Source: Yuukianura sp. NJ FZ-2021 (taxonomy: Eukaryota). From it: a stretch of DNA of 64,000 nt. The notes beneath the pieces are model-generated. The model was not told the origin of the DNA. It saw only the letters and a list, made by a program, of their open reading frames with translations, and did not search any database. Shown here in pieces: positions 1 through 15,000 of this stretch. Position 1 is the first letter of the stretch. Every line of letters begins with the position of its first letter. The DNA lies in the NCBI GenBank assembly GCA_046563655.1, contig JAJCTO010000015.1:62001-126000 (forward strand), written 5' to 3'. Made by a program: the position numbers and the translations under genes.

Positions 1-3000
1 TGAAACAAATTTTCATAAAGAAAAGTAACGAGATGAGGGACGACACGGCAAGTGAAAGTGGGTTCCTGAAGTACTTTTATGAGGATCTCAAAAAGGTAGT
101 TGACTTTTACCTAGCATCGTTCCGGAATGCATTTCTTTTGAATTCTTTGTTTTAAAACTTGAATTTTCATAAATAAAGGTAACAAGATGAGGCACGACAC
201 AGCAAGTGAAAGTGCGTTCCTGTAGCACTTTTTATGAGGATTTCAAAAATGTAATTTACTTTCTGTTCATTCTCACATTTGCATGTTCATTCTCTCAAAT
301 TTAAGTCGTTTTCGACAAAATGGTGCTCGGCATTGCTCTGGGTGCCGTTTACCAACCCAAGATAAACTCCGAGGCAGTGCGGTTCATCCAGACTTTTAAG
401 CACACTCTAACCAGATTTAATGGCGATCTATCCACGCCAATCAAACTTGGGTTCCTGAAGTACTTTTCAGGAGGATTTCAGAAAAGTAACTCATTTTCAC
501 CCGGCATCGCTCCGAGTGGAGGTTCTTGAAACAAATTTTCATAAAGAAAAGTAACGAGATGAGGGACGACACGGCAAGTGAAAGTGGGTTCCTGTAGCAC
601 TTTTTATGAGGATCTCAAAAAGGTAGTTGACTTTTACCTAGCATCGTTCCGGAATGCATTTCTTTTGAATTCTTTGTTTTAAAACTTGAATTTTCATAAA
701 TAAAGGTAACAAGATGAGGCACGACACAGCAAGTGAAAGTGCGTTCCTGTAGCACTTTTTATGAGGATTTCAAAAATGTAATTTACTTTCTGTTCATTCT
801 CACATTTGCATGTTCATTCTCTCAAATTTAAGTCGTTTTCGACAAAATGGTGCTCGGCATTGCTCTGGGTGCCGTTTACCAACCCAAGATAAACTCCGAG
901 GCAGTGCGGTTCATCCAGACTTTTAAGCACACTCTAACCAGATTTAATGGCGATCTATCCACGCCAATCAAACTTGGGTTCCTGAAGTACTTTTCAGGAG
1001 GATTTCAGAAAAGTAACTCATTTTCACCCGGCATCGCTCCGAGTGGAGGTTCTTGAAACAAATTTTCATAAAGAAAAGTAACGAGATGAGGGACGACACG
1101 GCAAGTGAAAGTGGGTTCCTGTAGTACTTTTTATGAGGATCTCAAAAAGGTAGTTGACTTTTACCTAGCATCGTTCCGGAATGCATTTCTTTTGAATTCT
1201 TTGTTTTAAAACTTGAATTTTCATAAATAAAGGTAACAAGATGAGGCACGACACAGCAAGTGAAAGTGCGTTCCTGTAGCACTTTTTATGAGGATTTCAA
1301 AAATGTAATTTACTTTCTGTTCATTCTCACATTTGCATGTTCATTCTCTCAAATTTAAGTCGTTTTCGACAAAATGGTGCTCGGCATTGCTCTGGGTGCC
1401 GTTTACCAACCCAAGATAAACTCCGAGGCAGTGCGGTTCATCCAGACTTTTAAGTACACTCTAACCAGATTTAATGGCGATCTATCCACGCCAATCAAAC
1501 TTGGGTTCCTGAAGTACTTTTCAGGAGGATTTCAGAAAAGTAACTCATTTTCACCCGGCATCGCTCCGAGTGGAGGTTCTTGAAACAAATTTTCATAAAG
1601 AAAAGTAACGAGATGAGGGACGACACGGCAAGTGAAAGTGGGTTCCTGAAGTACTTTTCAGGAGGATCTCAAAAAGGTAGTTGACTTTTACCTAGCATCG
1701 TTCCGGAATGCATTTCTTTTGAATTCTTTGTTTTAAAACTTGAATTTTCATAAATAAAGGTAACAAGATGAGGCACGACACAGCAAGTGAAAGTGCGTTC
1801 CTGTAGCACTTTTTATGAGGATTTCAAAAATGTAATTTACTTTCTGTTCATTCTCACATTTGCATGTTCATTCTCTCAAATTTAAGTCGTTTTCGACAAA
1901 ATGGTGCTCGGCATTGCTCTGGGTGCCGTTTACCAACCCAAGATAAACTCCGAGGCAGTGCGGTTCATCCAGACTTTTAAGTACACTCTAACCAGATTTA
2001 ATGGCGATCTATCCACGCCAATCAAACTTGGGTTCCTGAAGTACTTTTCAGGAGGATTTCAGAAAAGTAACTCATTTTCACCCGGCATCGCTCCGAGTGG
2101 AGGTTCTTGAAACAAATTTTCATAAAGAAAAGTAACGAGATGAGGGACGACACGGCAAGTGAAAGTGGGTTCCTGTAGCACTTTTTATGAGGATCTCAAA
2201 AAGGTAGTTGACTTTTACCTAGCATCGTTCCGGAATGCATTTCTTTTGAATTCTTTGTTTTAAAACTTGAATTTTCATAAATAAAGGTAACAAGATGAGG
2301 CACGACACAGCAAGTGAAAGTGCGTTCCTGTAGCACTTTTTATGAGGATTTCAAAAATGTAATTTACTTTCTGTTCATTCTCACATTTGCATGTTCATTC
2401 TCTCAAATTTAAGTCGTTTTCGACAAAATGGTGCTCGGCATTGCTCTGGGTGCCGTTTACCAACCCAAGATAAACTCCGAGGCAGTGCGGTTCATCCAGA
2501 CTTTTAAGTACACTCTAACCAGATTTAATGGCGATCTATCCACGCCAATCAAACTTGGGTTCCTGAAGTACTTTTCAGGAGGATTTCAGAAAAGTAACTC
2601 ATTTTCACCCGGCATCGCTCCGAGTGGAGGTTCTTGAAACAAATTTTCATAAAGAAAAGTAACGAGATGAGGGACGACACGGCAAGTGAAAGTGGGTTCC
2701 TGAAGCACTTTTCATGAGGATCTCAAAAAGGTAGTTGACTTTTACCTAGCATCGTTCCGGAATGCATTTCTTTTGAATTCTTTGTTTTAAAACTTGAATT
2801 TTCATAAATAAAGGTAACAAGATGAGGCACGACACAGCAAGTGAAAGTGCGTTCCTGTAGCACTTTTTATGAGGATTTCAAAAATGTAATTTACTTTCTG
2901 TTCATTCTCACATTTGCATGTTCATTCTCTCAAATTTAAGTCGTTTTCGACAAAATGGTGCTCGGCATTGCTCTGGGTGCCGTTTACCAACCCAAGATAA

Positions 3001-6000
3001 ACTCCGAGGCAGTGCGGTTCATCCAGACTTTTAAGCACACTCTAACCAGATTTAATGGCGATCTATCCACGCCAATCAAACTTGGGTTCCTGAAGTACTT
3101 TTCAGGAGGATTTCAGAAAAGTAACTCATTTTCACCCGGCATCGCTCCGAGTGGAGGTTCTTGAAACAAATTTTCATAAAGAAAAGTAACGAGATGAGGG
3201 ACGACACGGCAAGTGAAAGTGGGTTCCTGAAGTACTTTTCAGGAGGATCTCAAAAAGGTAGTTGACTTTTACCTAGCATCGTTCCGGAATGCATTTCTTT
3301 TGAATTCTTTGTTTTAAAACTTGAATTTTCATAAATAAAGGTAACAAGATGAGGCACGACACAGCAAGTGGAAGTGCGTTCCTGTAGCACTTTTTATGAG
3401 GATTTCAAAAATGTAATTTACTTTCTGTTCATTCTCACATTTGCATGTTCATTCTCTCAAATTTAAGTCGTTTTCGACAAAATGGTGCTCGGCATTGCTC
3501 TGGGTGCCGTTTACCAACCCAAGATAAACTCCGAGGCAGTGCGGTTCATCCAGACTTTTAAGTACACTCTAACCAGATTTAATGGCGATCTATCCACGCC
3601 AATCAAACTTGGGTTCCTGAAGTACTTTTCAGGAGGATTTCAGAAAAGTAACTCATTTTCACCCGGCATCGCTCCGAGTGGAGGTTCTTGAAACAAATTT
3701 TCATAAAGAAAAGTAACGAGATGAGGGACGACACGGCAAGTGAAAGTGGGTTCCTGAAGTACTTTTCAGGAGGATCTCAAAAAGGTAGTTGACTTTTACC
3801 TAGCATCGTTCCGGAATGCATTTCTTTTGAATTCTTTGTTTTAAAACTTGAATTTTCATAAATAAAGGTAACAAGATGAGGCACGACACAGCAAGTGAAA
3901 GTGCGTTCCTGTAGCACTTTTTATGAGGATTTCAAAAATGTAATTTACTTTCTGTTCATTCTCACATTTGCATGTTCATTCTTTCAAATTTAAGTCGTTT
4001 TCGACAAAATGGTGCTCGGCATTGCTCTGGGTGCCGTTTACCAACCCAAGATAAACTCCGAGGCAGTGCGGTTCATCCAGACTTTTAAGTACACTCTAAC
4101 CAGATTTAATGGCGATCTATCCACGCCAATCAAACTTGGGTTCCTGAAGTACTTTTCAGGAGGATTTCAGAAAAGTAACTCATTTTCACCCGGCATCGCT
4201 CCGAGTGGAGGTTCTTGAAACAAATTTTCATAAAGAAAAGTAACGAGATGAGGGACGACACGGCAAGTGAAAGTGGGTTCCTGTAGCACTTTTTATGAGG
4301 ATCTCAAAAAGGTAGTTGACTTTTACCTAGCATCGTTCCGGAATGCATTTCTTTTGAATTCTTTGTTTTAAAACTTGAATTTTCATAAATAAAGGTAACA
4401 AGATGAGGCACGACACAGCAAGTGAAAGTGCGTTCCTGTAGCACTTTTTATGAGGATTTCAAAAATGTAATTTACTTTCTGTTCATTCTCACATTTGCAT
4501 GTTCATTCTCTCAAATTTAAGTCGTTTTCGACAAAATGGTGCTCGGCATTGCTCTGGGTGCCGTTTACCAACCCAAGATAAACTCCGAGGCAGTGCGGTT
4601 CATCCAGACTTTTAAGCACACTCTAACCAGATTTAATGGCGACCTATCCACGCCAATCAAACTTGGGTTCCTGAAGTACTTTTCAGGAGGATTTCAGAAA
4701 AGTAACTCATTTTCACCCGGCATCGCTCCGAGTGGAGGTTCTTGAAACAAATTTTCATAAAGAAAAGTAACGAGATGAGGGACGACACGGCAAGTGAAAG
4801 TGGGTTCCTGAAGTACTTTTCAGGAGGATCTCAAAAAGGTAGTTGACTTTTACCTAGCATCGTTCCGGAATGCATTTCTTTTGAATTCTTTGTTTTAAAA
4901 CTTGAATTTTCATAAATAAAGGTAACAAGATGAGGCACGACACAGCAAGTGAAAGTGCGTTCCTGTAGCACTTTTTATGAGGATTTCAAAAATGTAATTT
5001 ACTTTCTGTTCATTCTCACATTTGCATGTTCATTCTCTCAAATTTAAGTCGTTTTCGACAAAATGGTGCTCGGCATTGCTCTGGGTGCCGTTTACCAACC
5101 CAAGATAAACTCCGAGGCAGTGCGGTTCATCCAGACTTTTAAGCACACTCTAACCAGATTTAATGGCGATCTATCCACGCCAATCAAACTTGGGTTCCTG
5201 AAGTACTTTTCAGGAGGATTTCAGAAAAGTAACTCATTTTCACCCGGCATCGCTCCGAGTGGAGGTTCTTGAAACAAATTTTCATAAAGAAAAGTAACGA
5301 GATGAGGGACGACACGGCAAGTGAAAGTGGGTTCCTGAAGTACTTTTCAGGAGGATCTCAAAAAGGTAGTTGACTTTTACCTAGCATCGTTCCGGAATGC
5401 ATTTCTTTTGAATTCTTTGTTTTAAAACTTGAATTTTCATAAATAAAGGTAACAAGATGAGGCACGACACAGCAAGTGAAAGTGCGTTCCTGTAGCACTT
5501 TTTATGAGGATTTCAAAAATGTAATTTACTTTCTGTTCATTCTCACATTTGCATGTTCATTCTTTCAAATTTAAGTCGTTTTCGACAAAATGGTGCTCGG
5601 CATTGCTCTGGGTGCCGTTTACCAACCCAAGATAAACTCCGAGGCAGTGCGGTTCATCCAGACTTTTAAGTACACTCTAACCAGATTTAATGGCGATCTA
5701 TCCACGCCAATCAAACTTGGGTTCCTGAAGTACTTTTCAGGAGGATTTCAGAAAAGTAACTCATTTTCACCCGGCATCGCTCCGAGTGGAGGTTCTTGAA
5801 ACAAATTTTCATAAAGAAAAGTAACGAGATGAGGGACGACACGGCAAGTGAAAGTGGGTTCCTGTAGCACTTTTTATGAGGATCTCAAAAAGGTAGTTGA
5901 CTTTTACCTAGCATCGTTCCGGAATGCATTTCTTTTGAATTCTTTGTTTTAAAACTTGAATTTTCATAAATAAAGGTAACAAGATGAGGCACGACACAGC

Positions 6001-9000
6001 AAGTGAAAGTGCGTTCCTGTAGCACTTTTTATGAGGATTTCAAAAATGTAATTTACTTTCTGTTCATTCTCACATTTGCATGTTCATTCTCTCAAATTTA
6101 AGTCGTTTTCGACAAAATGGTGCTCGGCATTGCTCTGGGTGCCGTTTACCAACCCAAGATAAACTCCGAGGCAGTGCGGTTCATCCAGACTTTTAAGCAC
6201 ACTCTAACCAGATTTAATGGCGATCTATCCACGCCAATCAAACTTGGGTTCCTGAAGTACTTTTCAGGAGGATTTCAGAAAAGTAACTCATTTTCACCCG
6301 GCATCGCTCCGAGTGGAGGTTCTTGAAACAAATTTTCATAAAGAAAAGTAACGAGATGAGGGACGACACGGCAAGTGAAAGTGGGTTCCTGTAGTACTTT
6401 TTATGAGGATCTCAAAAAGGTAGTTGACTTTTACCTAGCATCGTTCCGGAATGCATTTCTTTTGAATTCTTTGTTTTAAAACTTGAATTTTCATAAATAA
6501 AGGTAACAAGATGAGGCACGACACAGCAAGTGAAAGTGCGTTCCTGTAGCACTTTTTATGAGGATTTCAAAAATGTAATTTACTTTCTGTTCATTCTCAC
6601 ATTTGCATGTTCATTCTCTCAAATTTAAGTCGTTTTCGACAAAATGGTGCTCGGCATTGCTCTGGGTGCCGTTTACCAACCCAAGATAAACTCCGAGGCA
6701 GTGCGGTTCATCCAGACTTTTAAGCACACTCTAACCAGATTTAATGGCGATCTATCCACGCCAATCAAACTTGGGTTCCTGAAGTACTTTTCAGGAGGAT
6801 TTCAGAAAAGTAACTCATTTTCACCCGGCATCGCTCCGAGTGGAGGTTCTTGAAACAAATTTTCATAAAGAAAAGTAACGAGATGAGGGACGACACGGCA
6901 AGTGAAAGTGGGTTCCTGAAGTACTTTTCAGGAGGATCTCAAAAAGGTAGTTGACTTTTACCTAGCATCGTTCCGGAATGCATTTCTTTTGAATTCTTTG
7001 TTTTAAAACTTGAATTTTCATAAATAAAGGTAACAAGATGAGGCACGACACAGCAAGTGAAAGTGCGTTCCTGTAGCACTTTTTATGAGGATTTCAAAAA
7101 TGTAATTTACTTTCTGTTCATTCTCACATTTGCATGTTCATTCTCTCAAATTTAAGTCGTTTTCGACAAAATGGTGCTCGGCATTGCTCTGGGTGCCGTT
7201 TACCAACCCAAGATAAACTCCGAGGCAGTGCGGTTCATCCAGACTTTTAAGCACACTCTAACCAGATTTAATGGCGATCTATCCACGCCAATCAAACTTG
7301 GGTTCCTGAAGTACTTTTCAGGAGGATTTCAGAAAAGTAACTCATTTTCACCCGGCATCGCTCCGAGTGGAGGTTCTTGAAACAAATTTTCATAAAGAAA
7401 AGTAACGAGATGAGGGACGACACGGCAAGTGAAAGTGGGTTCCTGAAGTACTTTTTATGAGGATCTCAAAAAGGTAGTTGACTTTTACCTAGCATCGTTC
7501 TGGAATGCATTTCTTTTGAATTCTTTGTTTTAAAACTTGAATTTTCATAAATAAAGGTAACAAGATGAGGCACGACACAGCAAGTGAAAGTGCGTTCCTG
7601 TAGCACTTTTTATGAGGATTTCAAAAATGTAATTTACTTTCTGTTCATTCTCACATTTGCATGTTCATTCTCTCAAATTTAAGTCGTTTTCGACAAAATG
7701 GTGCTCGGCATTGCTCTGGGTGCCGTTTACCAACCCAAGATAAACTCCGAGGCAGTGCGGTTCATCCAGACTTTTAAGTACACTCTAACCAGATTTAATG
7801 GCGATCTATCCACGCCAATCAAACTTGGGTTCCTGAAGTACTTTTCAGGAGGATTTCAGAAAAGTAACTCATTTTCACCCGGCATCGCTCCGAGTGGAGG
7901 TTCTTGAAACAAATTTTCATAAAGAAAAGTAACGAGATGAGGGACGACACGGCAAGTGAAAGTGGGTTCCTGTAGTACTTTTCAGGAGGATCTCAAAAAG
8001 GTAGTTGACTTTTACCTAGCATCGTTCCGGAATGCATTTCTTTTGAATTCTTTGTTTTAAAACTTGAATTTTCATAAATAAAGGTAACAAGATGAGGCAC
8101 GACACAGCAAGTGAAAGTGCGTTCCTGTAGCACTTTTTATGAGGATTTCAAAAATGTAATTTACTTTCTGTTCATTCTCACATTTGCATGTTCATTCTCT
8201 CAAATTTAAGTCGTTTTCGACAAAATGGTGCTCGGCATTGCTCTGGGTGCCGTTTACCAACCCAAGATAAACTCCGAGGCAGTGCGGTTCATCCAGACTT
8301 TTAAGCACACTCTAACCAGATTTAATGGCGATCTATCCACGCCAATCAAACTTGGGTTCCTGAAGTACTTTTCAGGAGGATTTCAGAAAAGTAACTCATT
8401 TTCACCCGGCATCGCTCCGAGTGGAGGTTCTTGAAACAAATTTTCATAAAGAAAAGTAACGAGATGAGGGACGACACGGCAAGTGAAAGTGGGTTCCTGA
8501 AGTACTTTTCAGGAGGATCTCAAAAAGGTAGTTGACTTTTACCTAGCATCGTTCCGGAATGCATTTCTTTTGAATTCTTTGTTTTAAAACTTGAATTTTC
8601 ATAAATAAAGGTAACAAGATGAGGCACGACACAGCAAGTGAAAGTGCGTTCCTGTAGCACTTTTTATGAGGATTTCAAAAATGTAATTTACTTTCTGTTC
8701 ATTCTCACATTTGCATGTTCATTCTCTCAAATTTAAGTCGTTTTCGACAAAATGGTGCTCGGCATTGCTCTGGGTGCCGTTTACCAACCCAAGATAAACT
8801 CCGAGGCAGTGCGGTTCATCCAGACTTTTAAGTACACTCTAACCAGATTTAATGGCGATCTATCCACGCCAATCAAACTTGGGTTCCTGAAGTACTTTTC
8901 AGGAGGATTTCAGAAAAGTAACTCATTTTCACCCGGCATCGCTCCGAGTGGAGGTTCTTGAAACAAATTTTCATAAAGAAAAGTAACGAGATGAGGGACG

Positions 9001-12000
9001 ACACGGCAAGTGAAAGTGGGTTCCTGTAGCACTTTTTATGAGGATCTCAAAAAGGTAGTTGACTTTTACCTAGCATCGTTCCGGAATGCATTTCTTTTGA
9101 ATTCTTTGTTTTAAAACTTGAATTTTCATAAATAAAGGTAACAAGATGAGGCACGACACAGCAAGTGAAAGTGCGTTCCTGTAGCACTTTTTATGAGGAT
9201 TTCAAAAATGTAATTTACTTTCTGTTCATTCTCACATTTGCATGTTCATTCTCTCAAATTTAAGTCGTTTTCGACAAAATGGTGCTCGGCATTGCTCTGG
9301 GTGCCGTTTACCAACCCAAGATAAACTCCGAGGCAGTGCGGTTCATCCAGACTTTTAAGTACACTCTAACCAGATTTAATGGCGATCTATCCACGCCAAT
9401 CAAACTTGGGTTCCTGAAGTACTTTTCAGGAGGATTTCAGAAAAGTAACTCATTTTCACCCGGCATCGCTCCGAGTGGAGGTTCTTGAAACAAATTTTCA
9501 TAAAGAAAAGTAACGAGATGAGGGACGACACGGCAAGTGAAAGTGGGTTCCTGTAGCACTTTTTATGAGGATTTCAAAAATGTAATTTACTTTCTGTTCA
9601 TTCTCACATTTGCATGTTCATTCTCTCAAATTTAAGTCGTTTTCGACAAAATGGTGCTCGGCATTGCTCTGGGTGCCGTTTACCAACCCAAGATAAACTC
9701 CGAGGCAGTGCGGTTCATCCAGACTTTTAAGCACACTCTAACCAGATTTAATGGCGACCTATCCACGCCAATCAAACTTGGGTTCCTGAAGTACTTTTCA
9801 GGAGGATTTCAGAAAAGTAACTCATTTTCACCCGGCATCGCTCCGAGTGGAGGTTCTTGAAACAAATTTTCATAAAGAAAAGTAACGAGATGAGGGACGA
9901 CACGGCAAGTGAAAGTGGGTTCCTGAAGTACTTTTCAGGAGGATCTCAAAAAGGTAGTTGACTTTTACCTAGCATCGTTCCGGAATGCATTTCTTTTGAA
10001 TTCTTTGTTTTAAAACTTGAATTTTCATAAATAAAGGTAACAAGATGAGGCACGACACAGCAAGTGAAAGTGCGTTCCTGTAGCACTTTTTATGAGGATT
10101 TCAAAAATGTAATTTACTTTCTGTTCATTCTCACATTTGCATGTTCATTCTCTCAAATTTAAGTCGTTTTCGACAAAATGGTGCTCGGCATTGCTCTGGG
10201 TGCCGTTTACCAACCCAAGATAAACTCCGTGGCAGTGCGGTTCATCCAGACTTTTAAGCACACTCTAACCAGATTTAATGGCGATCTATCCACGCCAATC
10301 AAACTTGGGTTCCTGAAGTACTTTTCAGGAGGATTTCAGAAAAGTAACTCATTTTCACCCGGCATCGCTCCGAGTGGAGGTTCTTGAAACAAATTTTCAT
10401 AAAGAAAAGTAACGAGATGAGGGACGACACGGCAAGTGAAAGTGGGTTCCTGAAGTACTTTTCAGGAGGATCTCAAAAAGGTAGTTGACTTTTACCTAGC
10501 ATCGTTCCGGAATGCATTTCTTTTGAATTCTTTGTTTTAAAACTTGAATTTTCATAAATAAAGGTAACAAGATGAGGCACGACACAGCAAGTGAAAGTGC
10601 GTTCCTGTAGCACTTTTTATGAGGATTTCAAAAATGTAATTTACTTTCTGTTCATTCTCACATTTGCATGTTCATTCTCTCAAATTTAAGTCGTTTTCGA
10701 CAAAATGGTGCTCGGCATTGCTCTGGGTGCCGTTTACCAACCCAAGATAAACTCCGAGGCAGTGCGGTTCATCCAGACTTTTAAGCACACTCTAACCAGA
10801 TTTAATGGCGATCTATCCACGCCAATCAAACTTGGGTTCCTGAAGTACTTTTCAGGAGGATTTCAGAAAAGTAACTCATTTTCACCCGGCATCGCTCCGA
10901 GTGGAGGTTCTTGAAACAAATTTTCATAAAGAAAAGTAACGAGATGAGGGACGACACGGCAAGTGAAAGTGGGTTCCTGTAGCACTTTTTATGAGGATCT
11001 CAAAAAGGTAGTTGACTTTTACCTAGCATCGTTCCGGAATGCATTTCTTTTGAATTCTTTGTTTTAAAACTTGAATTTTCATAAATAAAGGTAACAAGAT
11101 GAGGCACGACACAGCAAGTGAAAGTGCGTTCCTGTAGCACTTTTTATGAGGATTTCAAAAATGTAATTTACTTTCTGTTCATTCTCACATTTGCATGTTC
11201 ATTCTCTCAAATTTAAGTCGTTTTCGACAAAATGGTGCTCGGCATTGCTCTGGGTGCCGTTTACCAACCCAAGATAAACTCCGAGGCAGTGCGGTTCATC
11301 CAGACTTTTAAGTACACTCTAACCAGATTTAATGGCGATCTATCCACGCCAATCAAACTTGGGTTCCTGAAGTACTTTTCAGGAGGATTTCAGAAAAGTA
11401 GTTGACTTTCACCCGGCATCGCTCCGAGTGGAGGTTCTTGAAACAAATTTTCATAAAGAAAAGTAACGAGATGAGGGACGACACGGCAAGTGAAAGTGGG
11501 TTCCTGTAGCACTTTTTATGAGGATTTCAAAAATGTAATTTACTTTCTGTTCATTCTCACATTTGCATGTTCATTCTCTCAAATTTAAGTCGTTTTCGAC
11601 AAAATGGTGCTCGGCATTGCTCTGGGTGCCGTTTACCAACCCAAGATAAACTCCGAGGCAGTGCGGTTCATCCAGACTTTTAAGTACACTCTAACCAGAT
11701 TTAATGGCGATCTATCCACGCCAATCAAACTTGGGTTCCTGAAGTACTTTTCAGGAGGATTTCAGAAAAGTAACTCATTTTCACCCGGCATCGCTCCGAG
11801 TGGAGGTTCTTGAAACAAATTTTCATAAATAAAGGTAACAAGATGAGGCACGACACAGCAAGTGAAAGTGCGTTCCTGTAGCACTTTTTATGAGGATTTC
11901 AAAAATGTAATTTACTTTCTGTTCATTCTCACATTTGCATGTTCATTCTCTCAAATTTAAGTCGTTTTCGACAAAATGGTGCTCGGCATTGCTCTGGGTG

Positions 12001-15000
12001 CCGTTTACCAACCCAAGATAAACTCCGAGGCAGTGCGGTTCATCCAGACTTTTAAGCACACTCTAACCAGATTTAATGGCGATCTATCCACGCCAATCAA
12101 ACTTGGGTTCCTGAAGTACTTTTCAGGAGGATTTCAGAAAAGTAACTCATTTTCACCCGGCATCGCTCCGAGTGGAGGTTCTTGAAACAAATTTTCATAA
12201 AGAAAAGTAACGAGATGAGGGACGACACGGCAAGTGAAAGTGGGTTCCTGAAGTACTTTTCAGGAGGATCTCAAAAAGGTAGTTGACTTTTACCTAGCAT
12301 CGTTCCGGAATGCATTTCTTTTGAATTCTTTGTTTTAAAACTTGAATTTTCATAAATAAAGGTAACAAGATGAGGCACGACACAGCAAGTGAAAGTGCGT
12401 TCCTGTAGCACTTTTTATGAGGATTTCAAAAATGTAATTTACTTTCTGTTCATTCTCACATTTGCATGTTCATTCTCTCAAATTTAAGTCGTTTTCGACA
12501 AAATGGTGCTCGGCATTGCTCTGGGTGCCGTTTACCAACCCAAGATAAACTCCGAGGCAGTGCGGTTCATCCAGACTTTTAAGCACACTCTAACCAGATT
12601 TAATGGCGATCTATCCACGCCAATCAAACTTGGGTTCCTGAAGTACTTTTCAGGAGGATTTCAGAAAAGTAACTCATTTTCACCCGGCATCGCTCCGAGT
12701 GGAGGTTCTTGAAACAAATTTTCATAAAGAAAAGTAACGAGATGAGGGACGACACGGCAAGTGAAAGTGGGTTCCTGTAGCACTTTTTATGAGGATCTCA
12801 AAAAGGTAGTTGACTTTTACCTAGCATCGTTCCGGAATGCATTTCTTTTGAATTCTTTGTTTTAAAACTTGAATTTTCATAAATAAAGGTAACAAGATGA
12901 GGCACGACACAGCAAGTGAAAGTGCGTTCCTGTAGCACTTTTTATGAGGATTTCAAAAATGTAATTTACTTTCTGTTCATTCTCACATTTGCATGTTCAT
13001 TCTCTCAAATTTAAGTCGTTTTCGACAAAATGGTGCTCGGCATTGCTCTGGGTGCCGTTTACCAACCCAAGATAAACTCCGAGGCAGTGCGGTTCATCCA
13101 GACTTTTAAGCACACTCTAACCAGATTTAATGGCGATCTATCCACGCCAATCAAACTTGGGTTCCTGAAGTACTTTTCAGGAGGATTTCAGAAAAGTAAC
13201 TCATTTTCACCCGGCATCGCTCCGAGTGGAGGTTCTTGAAACAAATTTTCATAAAGAAAAGTAACGAGATGAGGGACGACACGGCAAGTGAAAGTGGGTT
13301 CCTGAAGTACTTTTCAGGAGGATCTCAAAAAGGTAGTTGACTTTTACCTAGCATCGTTCCGGAATGCATTTCTTTTGAATTCTTTGTTTTAAAACTTGAA
13401 TTTTCATAAATAAAGGTAACAAGATGAGGCACGACACAGCAAGTGAAAGTGCGTTCCTGTAGCACTTTTTATGAGGATTTCAAAAATGTAATTTACTTTC
13501 TGTTCATTCTCACATTTGCATGTTCATTCTCTCAAATTTAAGTCGTTTTCGACAAAATGGTGCTCGGCATTGCTCTGGGTGCCGTTTACCAACCCAAGAT
13601 AAACTCCGAGGCAGTGCGGTTCATCCAGACTTTTAAGCACACTCTAACCAGATTTAATGGCGATCTATCCACGCCAATCAAACTTGGGTTCCTGAAGTAC
13701 TTTTCAGGAGGATTTCAGAAAAGTAACTCATTTTCACCCGGCATCGCTCCGAGTGGAGGTTCTTGAAACAAATTTTCATAAAGAAAAGTAACGAGATGAG
13801 GGACGACACGGCAAGTGAAAGTGGGTTCCTGTAGCACTTTTTATGAGGATCTCAAAAAGGTAGTTGACTTTTACCTAGCATCGTTCCGGAATGCATTTCT
13901 TTTGAATTCTTTGTTTTAAAACTTGAATTTTCATAAATAAAGGTAACAAGATGAGGCACGACACAGCAAGTGAAAGTGCGTTCCTGTAGCACTTTTTATG
14001 AGGATTTCAAAAATGTAATTTACTTTCTGTTCATTCTCACATTTGCATGTTCATTCTCTCAAATTTAAGTCGTTTTCGACAAAATGGTGCTCGGCATTGC
14101 TCTGGGTGCCGTTTACCAACCCAAGATAAACTCCGAGGCAGTGCGGTTCATCCAGACTTTTAAGTACACTCTAACCAGATTTAATGGCGATCTATCCACG
14201 CCAATCAAACTTGGGTTCCTGAAGTACTTTTCAGGAGGATTTCAAAAAGGTAGTTGACTTTTACCTAGCATCGTTCCGGAATGCATTTCTTTTGAATTCT
14301 TTGTTTGGAAACAAATTTTCATAAAGAAAAGTAACGAGATGAGGGACGACACAGCAAGTGAAAGTGGGTTCCTGTAGCACTTTTTATGAGGATTTCAAAA
14401 ATGTAATTTACTTTCTGTTCATTCTCACATTTGCATGTTCATTCTCTCAAATTTAAGTCGTTTTCGACAAAATGGTGCTCGGCATTGCTCTGGGTGCCGT
14501 TTACCAACCCAAGATAAACTCCGAGGCAGTGCGGTTCATCCAGACTTTTAAGTACACTCTAACCAGATTTAATGGCGATCTATCCACGCCAATCAAACTT
14601 GGGTTCCTGAAGTACTTTTCAGGAGGATTTCAGAAAAGTAACTCATTTTCACCCGGCATCGCTCCGAGTGGAGGTTCTTGAAACAAATTTTCATAAATAA
14701 AGGTAACAAGATGAGGCACGACACAGCAAGTGAAAGTGCGTTCCTGTAGCACTTTTTATGAGGATTTCAAAAATGTAATTTACTTTCTGTTCATTCTCAC
14801 ATTTGCATGTTCATTCTCTCAAATTTAAGTCGTTTTCGACAAAATGGTGCTCGGCATTGCTCTGGGTGCCGTTTACCAACCCAAGATAAACTCCGAGGCA
14901 GTGCGGTTCATCCAGACTTTTAAGCACACTCTAACCAGATTTAATGGCGATCTATCCACGCCAATCAAACTTGGGTTCCTGAAGTACTTTTCAGGAGGAT

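Noticed and set aside
495..520. CENP-B box in the satellite around CCCGGCATCGCTCCG
   Set aside because: Does not fit TTCGnnnnAnnCGGG on either strand.
320..529. 69-aa ORF (MVLGIALGAV...) repeated in most units, and its 107-aa extensions
   Set aside because: By-product of the satellite: no recognisable domain, truncated in every 390-bp unit, variants largely non-synonymous, and interrupted by the TEs.
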